Positions 12,949 through 26,226 of a stretch of DNA of 64,000 nt are shown in pieces. Below the pieces are notes generated by a model that saw nothing but the letters and a program-made list of their open reading frames with translations, was not told the DNA's origin and searched no databases. This stretch comes from Octopus vulgaris (taxonomy: Eukaryota), in contig OX597822.1 in NCBI GenBank assembly GCA_951406725.2, positions 8,432,001 to 8,496,000 on the forward strand, in the 5' to 3' direction. The first letter of the stretch is position 1. Each line of letters begins with the position of its first letter. The translations under genes were made by a program, and so were the position numbers.

Positions 12949-14241
12949 TAGGGTTGCCAATCATCAAATAATAAAACACCCAGATTATTTGCTGCAAAAG
13001 ACCCAGCTCCTATTTTATAAACCCAGATGTTAGAAAATGGGTATATAATTGGTAATTTAATGAGAAAATATATTATATGTCAAAATGAATACAGAATTTA
13101 ATACCTACGTTATATCATATGACAGCTAATTGTCAATTTCGTACATATTCACATCATCTTTATTCACTCCTTCGCTGGTGATACTCATTTTCTTACATTC
13201 TGAAGTTCAATCTACTCCTGTAACTAAGATGGCGAGACCTATCCACTACATCTTTAATAAGTTTAACGTTCGGCGCCCAAGTAATGCATGACGCTCCCTT
13301 TCTTGTAATTACTTGTTTAGCGAGCAGACGATCGGTGATCGTTTCGGCCTTCATCCTATTAGTGCACTTTGTATTTATGCAACTTACTTGGGAAAATATA
13401 CGCTCCACGTACGCTGATGAATTATGTAACACCATAAAATTAGTCATGAATTGTGACAGCCTCTCAAATTGAGAGTGGTCAAGTCCATATTTGATATTGC
13501 GTACGGAATACCAGAACGCTTTGTGGCTGGTTAATGAGGAACTGAGAATTTCTTTATATTGCTGAAGGAATCTCCTCTCATAGTATTGTTCATCAAGTGT
13601 ATTTTCTGGCGTAATTGTTTGGAAAGTTTGATGCCAAGGAAATTATCGACTGAAGAGATTTAGTGAAATCGCGCGCTACTTTTGGATCAAGTATTTCTAA
13701 GAGAGCAAACACTCCAGTTTCATCGAGACGAAAGCACATTTTTATTTCATAGCATAATTCTATTAAAAACTTTTGCGATCGGTTTTGGATCTAGCCTTGT
13801 CACCAACGATGGGGCTCTGTTCTAGATATCTCATCGCGCGATCACCGAGGTAAATACCACTTCTATTTTTGTGATTTGTTGTGTTATTAAGATCAATATC
13901 TGATCAGTCACTTCACGTCCCTCCCAGACTTTCCGTTGTAAATGCTTAATTCTGCGATACACTTACAGGAGGATTGTTGCAAACCAGATCATTTACAAAC
14001 CTTGGACACCGACCGAGTAACTGACCCTATGAGTCCTAGAATTTGAGACAGTAATGTAATGCATATAGAACTTACGAAGAATTCACTATCTGTTAGCTTA
14101 TACATTCTCATTAGGACACGGACTGAGGCGACAGCTGCGTATATATATAGTTGAAAATGGAGATGCAATACTTCGATTTTAAATATATGTATATAGACGT
14201 TAAAAAACAGCAGATACCACTAGAAACACATGGTAATAATA
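12949..14241 (-). mobile_element. hAT-family DNA transposon remnant; right boundary uncertain
   Basis: ORF 13193-13447 (VLHNSSAYVERIFSQVSCINTKCTNRM) matches the hAT C-terminal dimerisation motif (SS..VER.FS). An hAT-type terminus TAGGGTTGCCA starts at 12949. Confidence 0.72.
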
Positions 14242-14590
14242 GCTACAATATAGAAGTTATTATAATAGATTGCATGAAAAAAAATACATCCTTAAATACT
14301 ATCATATTATCATAGAATCTAATGAAGAAACAGGTACATTCTCCGGCTAACAAAATCCACAGCTCCATTCATTGCCTCAAACTGAAAGAAGGAAAAGCTT
14401 CGACATATATTCCACAGTGAAAATAGACATTAATACACTAATTTATGAAGTTGATTGCATCAAGGCTGGAGTATAATCTGTGCACTGCCATAGAGATCGG
14501 GTTGAGTAGAAGTATCGATGCCTAATGTCTCACGCTCTCTCTCTCTCTCTCTCTCTTTCTTTCTCTCTGTCTTCCTTTCTCTCTTCCCTC

Positions 14591-14624
<34 letters not shown>

Positions 14625-15592
14625 CTCCTCATTTCCTTTTGTTTTGTTGTTGTTTTGGTTTTTCTATGCTCGCGAAGCTGGAACGAGTTTTTTTTTTCCG
14701 TAATTCTAAGCTCAGCTGGTTTAAAGTGGTTTTTACTTCATTTGCGTCTTTCCGGCGTTCTTTTCACTTATTGGATATTATAAAGATATTGGAGAGTAAA
14801 AGAGAAAGGATGGGAGAGAGAGAGAGAGAGAGAGGGAAAAACATGGGAGAAGGATGAAGACAGACAGCTAACCTATAGTTATCTAACTACAATTTAGCTC
14901 TCTCTCTTCATCTTTCTCCAATTTCTTTCCTCTGTCTCTCTCTCATCCCTTCTCTCTCTCTTTCTCTCAGAACTCCTCTTATACAAATACACACGCACAA
15001 ACACATGCACACTCAGGCACATACGTGTATAGATTTCTCTTTCACCATCTCACCCTTATATATGTAAGTATTTATGTGCATATGTATGTATATGTACAAA
15101 TACTTACATAAATACACACCCGTATATGTATGCAGTGAGAGAGAAAGAGAGAGAGCGCGCGCGAAAGTGAGAGAAAGAGAGAGTGAGAGTGAGAGAGAGT
15201 TTTATGGAGTAGGAGGCGAAGAAACAAAATCAAACGAACTAGTGATATGACGTCAATAGTTTGGATAACATTTGTTTACTTTAATTTTACAGATCAACGG
15301 AATCTAATGGCGTTTAAAATGATAGGTTTGCTTCGTGTATCCAGTAGCTGATGATCGAACTGAATATTAATCATATGTAAAGTAAACAAATTTGAACGGA
15401 TAACAACTATAACAGTTAAAAATATATAATACTACATAGCGTTTTAGAAAATTGAATAGAATAATATATGATATACAACTAATGAGATACTTTTCTTAAT
15501 GATTTCACTGTATATTTTCATAAATATGTAAGCTGAAGTTTATCAAAATGTATCAAGTCAAAAGAAACGCTTTTTCACTAAGAGAAATGTAT

Positions 15593-16004
15593 ACTCTTTA
15601 CTCTTTTAATTGTTTCAGTCATTTGACTGCGGCCATGCTGGAGCACCGCCTTTAGTCGAGCAACTCGACCCCGGGACTTATTCTTTTGTAAGCCCTGTAT
15701 TTATTCTATCGCTCTCTTTTACCGAACCGCTAAGTGACGGGGACGTAAACACACCAGCATCGGTTGTCAAGCAATGCCAGGGGGACAAACACAGACACAC
15801 AGACATATACACACACACACTTATATATATATATACATATATACGACAGGCTTCTTTCAGTTTCCGTCTACCAAATCCACTCACAAGGCATTGGTCAGCC
15901 CGGGACTATAGCAGAAGACACTTGCCCAAGATGCCACGCAGTGGGACTGGACCCGGAACCATGTGGTTGGTTAGCAAGCTACTTACCACACAGCCACTCC
16001 TGCG
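15593..16004 (-). mobile_element. SINE family A, full length
   Basis: Colinear with the 645-1064 copy over its whole length. Confidence 0.93.
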
Positions 16005-16012
16005 AATATGTG

Positions 16013-16085
<73 letters not shown>

Positions 16086-16087
16086 TC

Positions 16088-16226
16088 ATACACTTTGGGT
16101 GCTGATACTTTTCTAGTTTGTGGTAAAAGTAAAAAAAATAACAGTGTCAGTTAATTATAACTGTATTCAACATATCCCCCCCCCTCAGATTCACACACTT
16201 ATTGCAGTGGTCCTTGAGTTTTTCTG
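16088..16226 (-). mobile_element. Mariner 3'-end fragment
   Basis: Minus strand reads approximately EKLKDHCNKCVNLRGGYVE, the typical mariner transposase C-terminus, followed by a degenerate TIR-like GGGTGCTGATACTT. Confidence 0.6.
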
Positions 16227-16499
16227 ATGTGTGAGAATGTGTTTGTATGTCCGTTCGTACGCGAGTCTTTGCTTGCGAATATATGAGTGACAGTAGATGG
16301 AAGACGGTATGCTCATTATTAGTTCATGATCTAAGGAGCAAAATTAATTTTTAGACCATCTCGTGATCTGCGTATTTTACCAAAGCTATGGTTTTCTTTT
16401 TTCAGTTAAACGCAATAACATTTAATATTGTGTTAAAAGTAAAATTCCCTATGTGCATTTTTCAGATCACCAGTTAATTATATTTCCTTACGTGTAAGC

Positions 16500-17020
16500 A
16501 ATCTCAAAGTACTGCTTAAATATTCCCTTTCACTACTGGTTCTTTTTGGTGTTTCTAGCATTCAATGGCGCATTTTATTTCGTAGTGGCAGCATATTATT
16601 TGACTTAACTATTGGTATGGTCTATCATGGTGATTCTACACATTTTGTGTCACTTGTAGTTAACCTGAAAAGTGGCGGTCTTTTTTCTTTCATTATATTG
16701 ATCACAGAAGCTGCAACTTTGGTGTGCCTTTTGTTAATATATAAGCTTTAATTTCTTGGCAAACAAGTATTGGTCTTGTGTTACCATTAAACAAAGTCCT
16801 GCCTTGTGTTTCCCTTACAAATACCTCAAACTGCATAGTGGTTTTCTGAAACACACCTGTAACATATTGGCTTCTTAATACTTATTGGCATGTGTATTTC
16901 ATTTTCCTTATTCAACTTGTAATTGTCTTTGGCCTCGTATTTATTCTGGATGCTAATTGATGTTTTACCTAGCTTAGTGAAACCTTCTTCTGGAACATAT
17001 CTGTAAGACATTTATTGAGT
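16500..17020 (-). mobile_element. Possible degraded LTR-retroelement gag fragment
   Basis: ORF 16826-17011 ends in a truncated zinc-knuckle-like CYRCVSENH. No other support. Confidence 0.3.
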
Positions 17021-17899
17021 TCTTTTTCGAGTTTCTAGATTACTTAACGACTATATGAAGATATTGCCATAGATTTCTAGTCTCGAACCTTCTGAAGTAT
17101 CCTATTGCCTGTAGTTTCTTCATGTGTAAATATTCCTGTACCTGTAGTTCTTTTTTGTGGCTGTTCAAGTTGTCCTTTGTCGCTGATTTTACTGCGAGTT
17201 TAGCAAGCATTTACTATCGCATGAAGTATATTAGTACAACCATTTATTCTAACAATTGTAACTGCTCACATGATTTCATTTTTTTCCAATTGATGATGTG
17301 AAACTCCAAGTTATGATTGTTAGCGCAGCAGTGGTTATTGTTATTATATTTTGTTAGGATTTAACTAGGGTTTTAGTATGGCGCATACCTTCAGATTAAT
17401 TTGTTACGCGTTTCATTGTAGCATTAGAAACTCATAAGGTAACGTTTTTCGTTCATACTTGGTTTAAATCATCAGTGTGTCTGTGTCAAACGCAATTAAT
17501 TATTCATCTCTTGAATTGTCTGTTTAGATGTCGGTTTTTTCCAGTCACACTCATAGTTATGTCGTTTATGTAAAACCTGATGGTCGTTTTTAAAAACCTG
17601 TTCTGACTGTAGACTTTCAAATAGATAATACCGAACAAATGGGTGTTGTTCAAGTGTTGGTCTAAAAGTGATAACCAGTTTTGCTCAATTCTGACGAAGC
17701 GAAATTCAAGCAGAACCAGAAGTGTAGGATATAATGAGAATCTCCGTCAAAAGGCCATCGGTTACCTTTATAGTATCATAGGTCAATATGCTATTTGAAT
17801 AACATTGAGATGAATATTCCTAAAGGTCTGCTCTGAATAAAGACTTTTGTTAGCATAGACGACGTTTTGTATAGTTCTAGAGATTTTAATATAAGGCTT

Positions 17900-19750
<1,851 letters not shown>

Positions 19751-20152
19751 AGTATTGCCTTATTAGCAGTTTAATAGAAAGTTAAAATGCATTTTTAAAA
19801 ATTTTAGTATAAATGTGCTTTGTCTGTGGTACCAAAAGGACCATTTTCCTTCAACATATTAAAAAAGAAAATGGAGTTACTATATGCAAATGTTCAATCA
19901 TGTGGCATTAAATCTCTCCGCAGCTATGAAGAAATTCAGTTGGTGATTGTAGAAACAATTCAATAGAACCGTTGCATATACAGAGCAAATATATTCTCTC
20001 CAATATTTTCAGAACCATTTTGTAGAAAAAGAAAATAAAGTATATTGAAAGATTTATCGAAAGAAAGTGTGGATAATGTGGCAGTTAGAGGAGGTAGACA
20101 TGATTTCTGCAGCTTGACACATACTTTAATACTGCTCAGCTCTGAAGATGAA

Positions 20153-20194
<42 letters not shown>

Positions 20195-21051
20195 ATATGT
20201 ATGTATGCGCGTATATCTGTATCTGTCTTCTATATTGCATATATATATATATATTCTCAGTTCTTGTTATATTTCCTAAGATCGAAAATACAGGAAAGCT
20301 GCATGATGAAAAAGTTGTTTTGATATGTATATTATGTGCTCGGGCGGAGAACATAATTGTCGGAAGTGCTCTGGCGTCAGAGAACGTATTTATTCGTTCT
20401 GTATCTTTAAAGGATAACTCTTACAAATCTATAATTGCATTGTAATGTTCAGAATGTTTCGACGGAATGAAAGTTCGAAGAATAAAGAAAGATATCGGTT
20501 CTTAAAGTGATTTAGTAACACCTTCCATTGAGACTAAATTCTATAGGATAATTTTCAGGTTTTCCAGTTTCAGTAAATGTCGTTACGTGAATTAAGTTAA
20601 AGTAACAAAGAAATACATGAGGAAAAGGTGAAGAATGGTAGACGTTATTTATCTGCCCATTGTTTCCTTCGTATAATATTCTATTCACTACCTATCACGA
20701 TATAGTTTCTGGCAATGCGTAATATCTTTGGTGCGATCTAAGTCAATGTAATATAAGGAAGGATCTAGTTCCATAACAGTTTGCTACTTTATTCATTTTT
20801 TTTTTACTAAGAGTCGGCATTTTTTTGGTGTTATTTTGATTATTTGTCATTTTTTATCATGAAGTTACTGATACTTTTTTTTATTGTTATATTCATATTA
20901 CAGAAAGATTAATGAAAACAAGTGTTCTTCCATTAATAATTTTTTTTTCTTTTTAGTATAGAAAATTTTCCCTGCAATATTGTTAGACATATTTCATTTA
21001 TATTCGAAAACATATTAAATTATTCTGAAGTTAAACTGTTAAAAACATAAT

Positions 21052-21103
<52 letters not shown>

Positions 21104-21849
21104 CTCCTTATATTACTTCTACCTTTTTTAATAATCCGAATAATAACCAATTTCATCAAAATAACAATTTTCCTCATTTTCGTATTCCTAAAAGCCAACA
21201 GCCAAAGGGAAATAACCCTACTTCCTCGCTATTACGATATAAACATAAAACATACATTTCTAGTGATAATTCCCGTCATGAGTGACACACTCCTAATAAG
21301 TATATTTGTTTAATTATTTCATACGGTAAACTGATAAGAATTCAAGCAGTAGAAAGAGCCGTCCCTATTAATTCTAGATGAAATTTCGATTTTTAACACA
21401 CACCTTGTTAGAGTAGATTTTTCCAATACCAGTAACATCTGATAAATTATATCCTCAAATAATAACTGTATTCTAAGAGGTTTCACCCTCTCTTCTAATA
21501 ATACTAGTAACCTTATTACGATAACAGTAACAATAATCTCTCCTTAAATAGTAAAAACAACACAACCACCCTTTGCAATTGTGGCCCTGAAAAAACATGT
21601 GTCCTCAATGGAAACTGCAGGATTAAAAACGGAAATCTTTTTCTTTAGAATGGACAATTCTTTCTTGATCTTTTCTTTATGATAAAGGGGGATCTTTCTG
21701 TCCTTCGTTCACGGAAGAGCGGTATTTTATTCGTTTCTCTAAACATACATTTGTAAACAAATTTCCAGAGAATGTTTACAAATGTATTCATTGGAAAAGG
21801 CACAGTTTTAGTTCTTTCAAATAACATCCACCCGTAACCTACTCCTATT

Positions 21850-22955
21850 TTCAGCAAATTTTCTTTTCTTTATTATTCCATCTGTCTTCCCATAATTTTA
21901 CTCTCCCTTCTTTACCTTTCTTTTATGCATTGTCATGTATACAATTAGCCAGTTCATCGTCACTCTCTCGTTCTCCCTTTTTTTAAATTTTTCCTTCCAT
22001 ATCTTTCTATTCCTTTTCTCCTTCTCTCACCCATTCAAGTTAATTTCTTTAAAACCATGTTAAATTTCTAGAGTTCCCTTACTACTCGGCTTTCCACATA
22101 TATATATATAGGCGCAGGAGTGGCTGTGTGGTAAGTAGCTTGCTTACCTACCACATGGTTCCGGGTTCAGTCCCACTGCGTGACATCTTGGGCAAGTGTC
22201 TTCTACTATAGCCTCGTGCCAACCAAAGCCTTGTGAGTGGATTTGAAAGACGGAAACTGAAAGAAGCCCGTCGTATATATGTATGTATATATATATATAT
22301 GTGTGTATATCTTTGTGTGTCTGTGTTTGTCCCCCTAGCATTGCTTGACAACCGATGCTGGTGTGTTTACGTCCCCGTCACTTAGCGGTTCGGCAAAAGA
22401 GACCAATTGAATAAGTACTGGGCTTACAAAGAATAAGTCTTGGGGTCGAATTGCTCGACTAAAGGCGGTGCTCCAGCATGGCCGCAGTCAAATGACTGAA
22501 ACAAGTAAAAGAGTAAAAGAGAATATACATATGCGTATACACCCGTTTTTGCTATCGTACGTATGATAGTGTGCAGAATAATGTATGTGCTTAGTATGTG
22601 TGTGTATGGGTTTGTTATAGTACGTTTGTGTCTGTCGAATATGTTTCGAATATGTGTGCCCTTCTGTATGTGTGTGAACTCTCATAACCAAATAACAATT
22701 TCTACAAATGTTCTTATATCTTTTCTTCCATCTTACTTCTCATAATTTCTACCTCTCTCCTTCCTTCCTTTCTTTTTATGCATTTCTTATATTTACAATT
22801 TGCCCGTACTTCATCCCCTCTCTCTTTTTTCATTTTGTGCTATACGTCCTTTCGTACCCTCCCCCCCCCCAATAATCTTTCTATGTATATTCTCCTTGTT
22901 TCTCAATACCTAGTTCGTTTCGATTTCATTTTAAATTTCTAGCGTCGCTTGTTAC
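21850..22955 (+). repeat. Old diverged ~235-bp direct repeat (about 21850-22085 and 22705-22955) flanking a SINE
   Basis: Shared blocks TTCCATCT..TTC.CATAATTT, TTTTATGCATT..TACAATT.GCC and TTAAATTTCTAG..T.ACTA occur in both copies in the same order. Confidence 0.7.
22111..22521 (+). mobile_element. SINE family A, full length
   Basis: Starts GGCGCAGGAGTGGCTGTGTGG directly after (TA)n and ends in the GTAAAAGA tail. Confidence 0.93.
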
Positions 22956-23180
22956 TATGTATTTTTTTTTTTGTAAATGAACAATAACATACATGAGCTT
23001 AAGTAAGCGTGTGTATGAGTATACAATTAGGTGTTTGGATCTATCGATGTTTTGGGATGTGTAGGCTCTTCTGTATATATATGATCATTTACTTATGTGT
23101 ATTAATATGTGATCGTAAACATATACTTTTGCATAAGTATGTTTCTATGATGTTGCCGCTAGAACATGTACGAGCATATC

Positions 23181-23219
<39 letters not shown>

Positions 23220-23453
23220 GAGTATATTTCTGACTATGCATGTATGTATTTGAACATTATATATATTATATATTTATGTGTATGTATATGCGTCTGTATA
23301 CGTTTGTGCTTTTTGTAGGTATATAATATTTATATATATACACCTCATATATTTGAGTGTGTGTGTACGCGTGTGTGCATATGAATATAAACATGTTATA
23401 GGACCTCCTCTCTCCGTTAATATTTGTGATTGACGAGTTTGTTATTTATACCC

Positions 23454-23535
23454 TTCCTGATGAGATCGCTGTATTGCTGACCACAAATTCTCCTGTTGGA
23501 TATCTTGGAGTGCATTCGTCGAAACAGATGTAGAA
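23454..23535 (+). ncRNA. Partly degenerate minimal type I hammerhead motif (Penelope pLTR type)
   Basis: TTC-CTGATGA(23457-23463)-GA...TC-GAAA(23521-23524)-CAGATG-TA-GAA. Stem II is imperfect and stem I is 3 bp. Confidence 0.55.
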
Positions 23536-23592
23536 AAATTCAAGATGCAAATAGTTTAGCATCCCGAGAGTTCGTCTCCTTATTCAGTTTTG

Positions 23593-23627
<35 letters not shown>

Positions 23628-23680
23628 CATAGATATATGCACATACATATATATACATAATTATACATACATACATATAT

Positions 23681-23884
23681 ATCATGGGACCGACCAGGCT
23701 ATCAGATGTTGCTACAAATTGTGGCGAAAGAGTACAGCAGGGATCGCCAGCACCCCCTGTCGGAGCCTCGTGGAGCTTTAGGTGTTTTCGCTCAATAAAC
23801 ATTCACAATCCCGGCTTGGGATCGGAACCGCGATCCTATGACCGCGAGTCCTCTGCCCTAACCACTGGGCCATTGCGCCTCCAC
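23681..23884 (-). mobile_element. tRNA-derived SINE family C, short form with an alternative 3' end
   Basis: Head GTGGAGGCGCAATGGCCCAGTGGTTAGGGCAG..GGTTCCGATCCC is shared with 50319-50710; the copies diverge after CTGTACTCTTTCGCCACAA. Confidence 0.85.
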
Positions 23885-23888
23885 GTAC

Positions 23889-23928
<40 letters not shown>

Positions 23929-24756
23929 ACATTTACATGTGGGTGTACGTCTGTGCGTTTGAGTATGTATATACTTATGTCTGTGCGTGTGTCTTCTTTA
24001 GAAGTTTGACGATAGAATATTTGAATAGTAAAGATATGAAACTTGATCTGTCTGCGAATACCAAATATAGTATATAGAATGAAATTCTGATAAATAAGTA
24101 AATTCGTTTCCATTATCCATTATGAGCAACATTAGTTTCAGGTAAAATGAACTATAAAGACACTGAGAGGAAACAAAATATATAATTATGTCGCTTGCCG
24201 CTGCATTTTCAATAATTGCCGAATATCCAAGGATGCTTGGTTTAAGCCACATAAGATTATATCTGTAGAGAGAAGATCGAACAATTAAATTTCAGAACAA
24301 AACCTATTAGGTTATCTACTTTCTGAACTAAAATATCATGTCCTGTGTATTATAGTGATACGATTGAAAGTGGTGTTTAGAGTTATAGATTAGAATTCAA
24401 AGCGTTTATTTGCGTAAGAGTTTAGAGCGTAGAGCATATAATGGCATTTTATATACATTGAACTGGTGCCAAATATAGGATTGCTCTACAAAATTAAAAA
24501 AAAAAGATTTATAAGTTGGGAAACGAAGGACGAATGCGTATTCGATGAGTAAACATCTAGTTAATAGAAATATAACAAGGTGTACTAACTGAAATATATA
24601 CGATTAATGGTAAATGAAATTACTTAATCGTAGAAATGCAGCATTTCCAGAACATATACTTGTAACAAATAATTACATATAAACATTACGAATGGTATCT
24701 TTAATATTGTTTGCTGTTGAATGTCATAGAATAAAAAATTGTAAAAGCGCCATATT

Positions 24757-25172
24757 GGCGCGGGAGTGGCTGTGTGGTAAGTAGCTTGCTAACTAACCAC
24801 TTGGTTCCGGGTTCAGTCCCACTGCGTGGCAACTTGGGCAAGTTCTTCTGCTATAGCCCCGGGCCGACCAATGCCTTGTGAGTGGATTTGGTAGACGGAA
24901 ACTGAAAGAAGCCCGTCGTATATATGTGTATATATATAATTGTGTGTGTATATGTTTGTGTGTCTGTGTTTGATCCCCTAGCATTGCTTGACAACCGATG
25001 CTGGTGTGTTTACGTCCCCGTCACTTAGCGGTTCGGCAAAAAGAGCCCGATAGAATAAGTACTGGGCTTACAAAGAATAAGTCCCGGGGTCGATTTGCTC
25101 GACTAAAGACAGTGCTCCAGCATGGCCGCAGTCAAATGACTGAAACAAGTAAAAGAGTAAAGAGTTAAAGAG
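24757..25172 (+). mobile_element. SINE family A, full length
   Basis: Colinear with the other family A copies. Confidence 0.93.
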
Positions 25173-25292
25173 CATAACGGTAGATTTGTTTCGATGAATA
25201 AATAGAAAATCTAAGCTATACAGCTTTTCTCGAATCATGACTTGGTTTTGCGCATGAATGTGTTTCGATGTATGAATATAACTTGTTTAAAT

Positions 25293-25527
25293 ATACCTAC
25301 TTCTTTATTACCCACAAGGGGATAAACACAAAGGGGACAAACAAGGACAGACATAGGTATTAAGTCGATTACATCGACCCCAGTGCGTAACTGGTACTTA
25401 ATTTATCGACCCCGAAAGGATGAAAGGCAAAGTCGACCTCGGCGGAATTTGAACTCACAACGTAACGCAGACGAAATACTGCTAAGCATTTCGCCCGGCG
25501 TGCTAACGTTTCTGCCAGCTCGCCGCC
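25293..25527 (-). mobile_element. tRNA-derived SINE family B (Meta-domain-like), full length
   Basis: Reverse complement: GGCGGCGAGCTGGCAGAAACGTTAGC..GAGTTCAAATTCC..GCCTTTCATCCTTTCGGGGTCGATAAATTAAGTACCAG. TGTTTAAATATACC is repeated at 25284 and 25543 (possible TSD). Confidence 0.9.
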
Positions 25528-25626
25528 ATATATTTAAATATATGTTTAAATATACCGTTTTGTATAGGCATTCCCACACACAGACACGCACACACACACA
25601 CACATACACACACACATATGTATTTA

Positions 25627-25911
25627 TGATGGATTACGCCGTGGAGGCGGCGTATGAGCATTCGGTTTCTGCTGAACCACCTCTTTTTAATGATGACACA
25701 TACTTAGTGATCACACATATTTAGCTCCCTCCCTCCATCAACTGGACGTAGCCTGGGCATGCGCACTGTGCATCAGGCTTCATGTCTCAAAGCGATCGCA
25801 GTGCACCGTTAGGTGAGGTGCCTTCCCCAAGAACACAACGCCCCACCCGGTCTAGACATTGAAACCATGATTGCTGGATTATGAGTGGAACACCCTAAAC
25901 ACAGAGCCATG

Positions 25912-25912
<1 letters not shown>
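25627..25912 (-). mobile_element. Older tRNA/CORE-like SINE (family D), single diverged copy
   Basis: Reverse complement begins AGCATGGCTCTGTGTTTAGGG..GGTTTCAATGTC..GTTGTGTTCTTGGGGAAGGCAC: A box, B box and a CORE-like motif. Confidence 0.6.
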
Positions 25913-25946
<34 letters not shown>

Positions 25947-25949
25947 GTA

Positions 25950-25984
<35 letters not shown>

Positions 25985-26011
25985 ATACATATGTACATAG
26001 GTATGTATTTG

Positions 26012-26226
26012 AAATAATACTTTCCACTGAAGGCACAATGCCTGAAATCCTGGGGAGGAAATAGTTGATTACATAGACCCAGTGTTTCACTGGTACTTAA
26101 TTTATCGACCTCGAAAGGATGAAAGGCAAAGTCAACTTCAGCGGAATTTGAAATCAGAACGTAGCAGCGGATGAAATACTGCTAAGCATTTCGCTCGGTG
26201 TGCTAGCAATTCTACCAATTCGCGGC
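26012..26226 (-). mobile_element. SINE family B, older subfamily with a different 3' end
   Basis: Same head and Meta-like core as 25293-25527; tail reads TCCCCAGGATTTCAGGCATTGTGCC..GAAAGTATTATT. Confidence 0.85.

Noticed and set aside
15248-15255. CRE palindrome TGACGTCA as a promoter element
   Set aside because: The same octamer occurs several other times in repeat-derived DNA in this window, and no transcription start evidence is available.
17691-17710. CTGACGA-AGC-GAAA hammerhead-like core
   Set aside because: No room for stem II and no stem I/III pairing; chance match.
21587-21625. CTGAAAA...GAAA-CTGCAG hammerhead-like trace
   Set aside because: Core G is mutated and the UH cleavage site is missing; at most a dead relic.
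22111-22180. tRNA genes at SINE heads
   Set aside because: A/B-box-like motifs are present, but no full cloverleaf or acceptor stem, and each continues into the SINE body.
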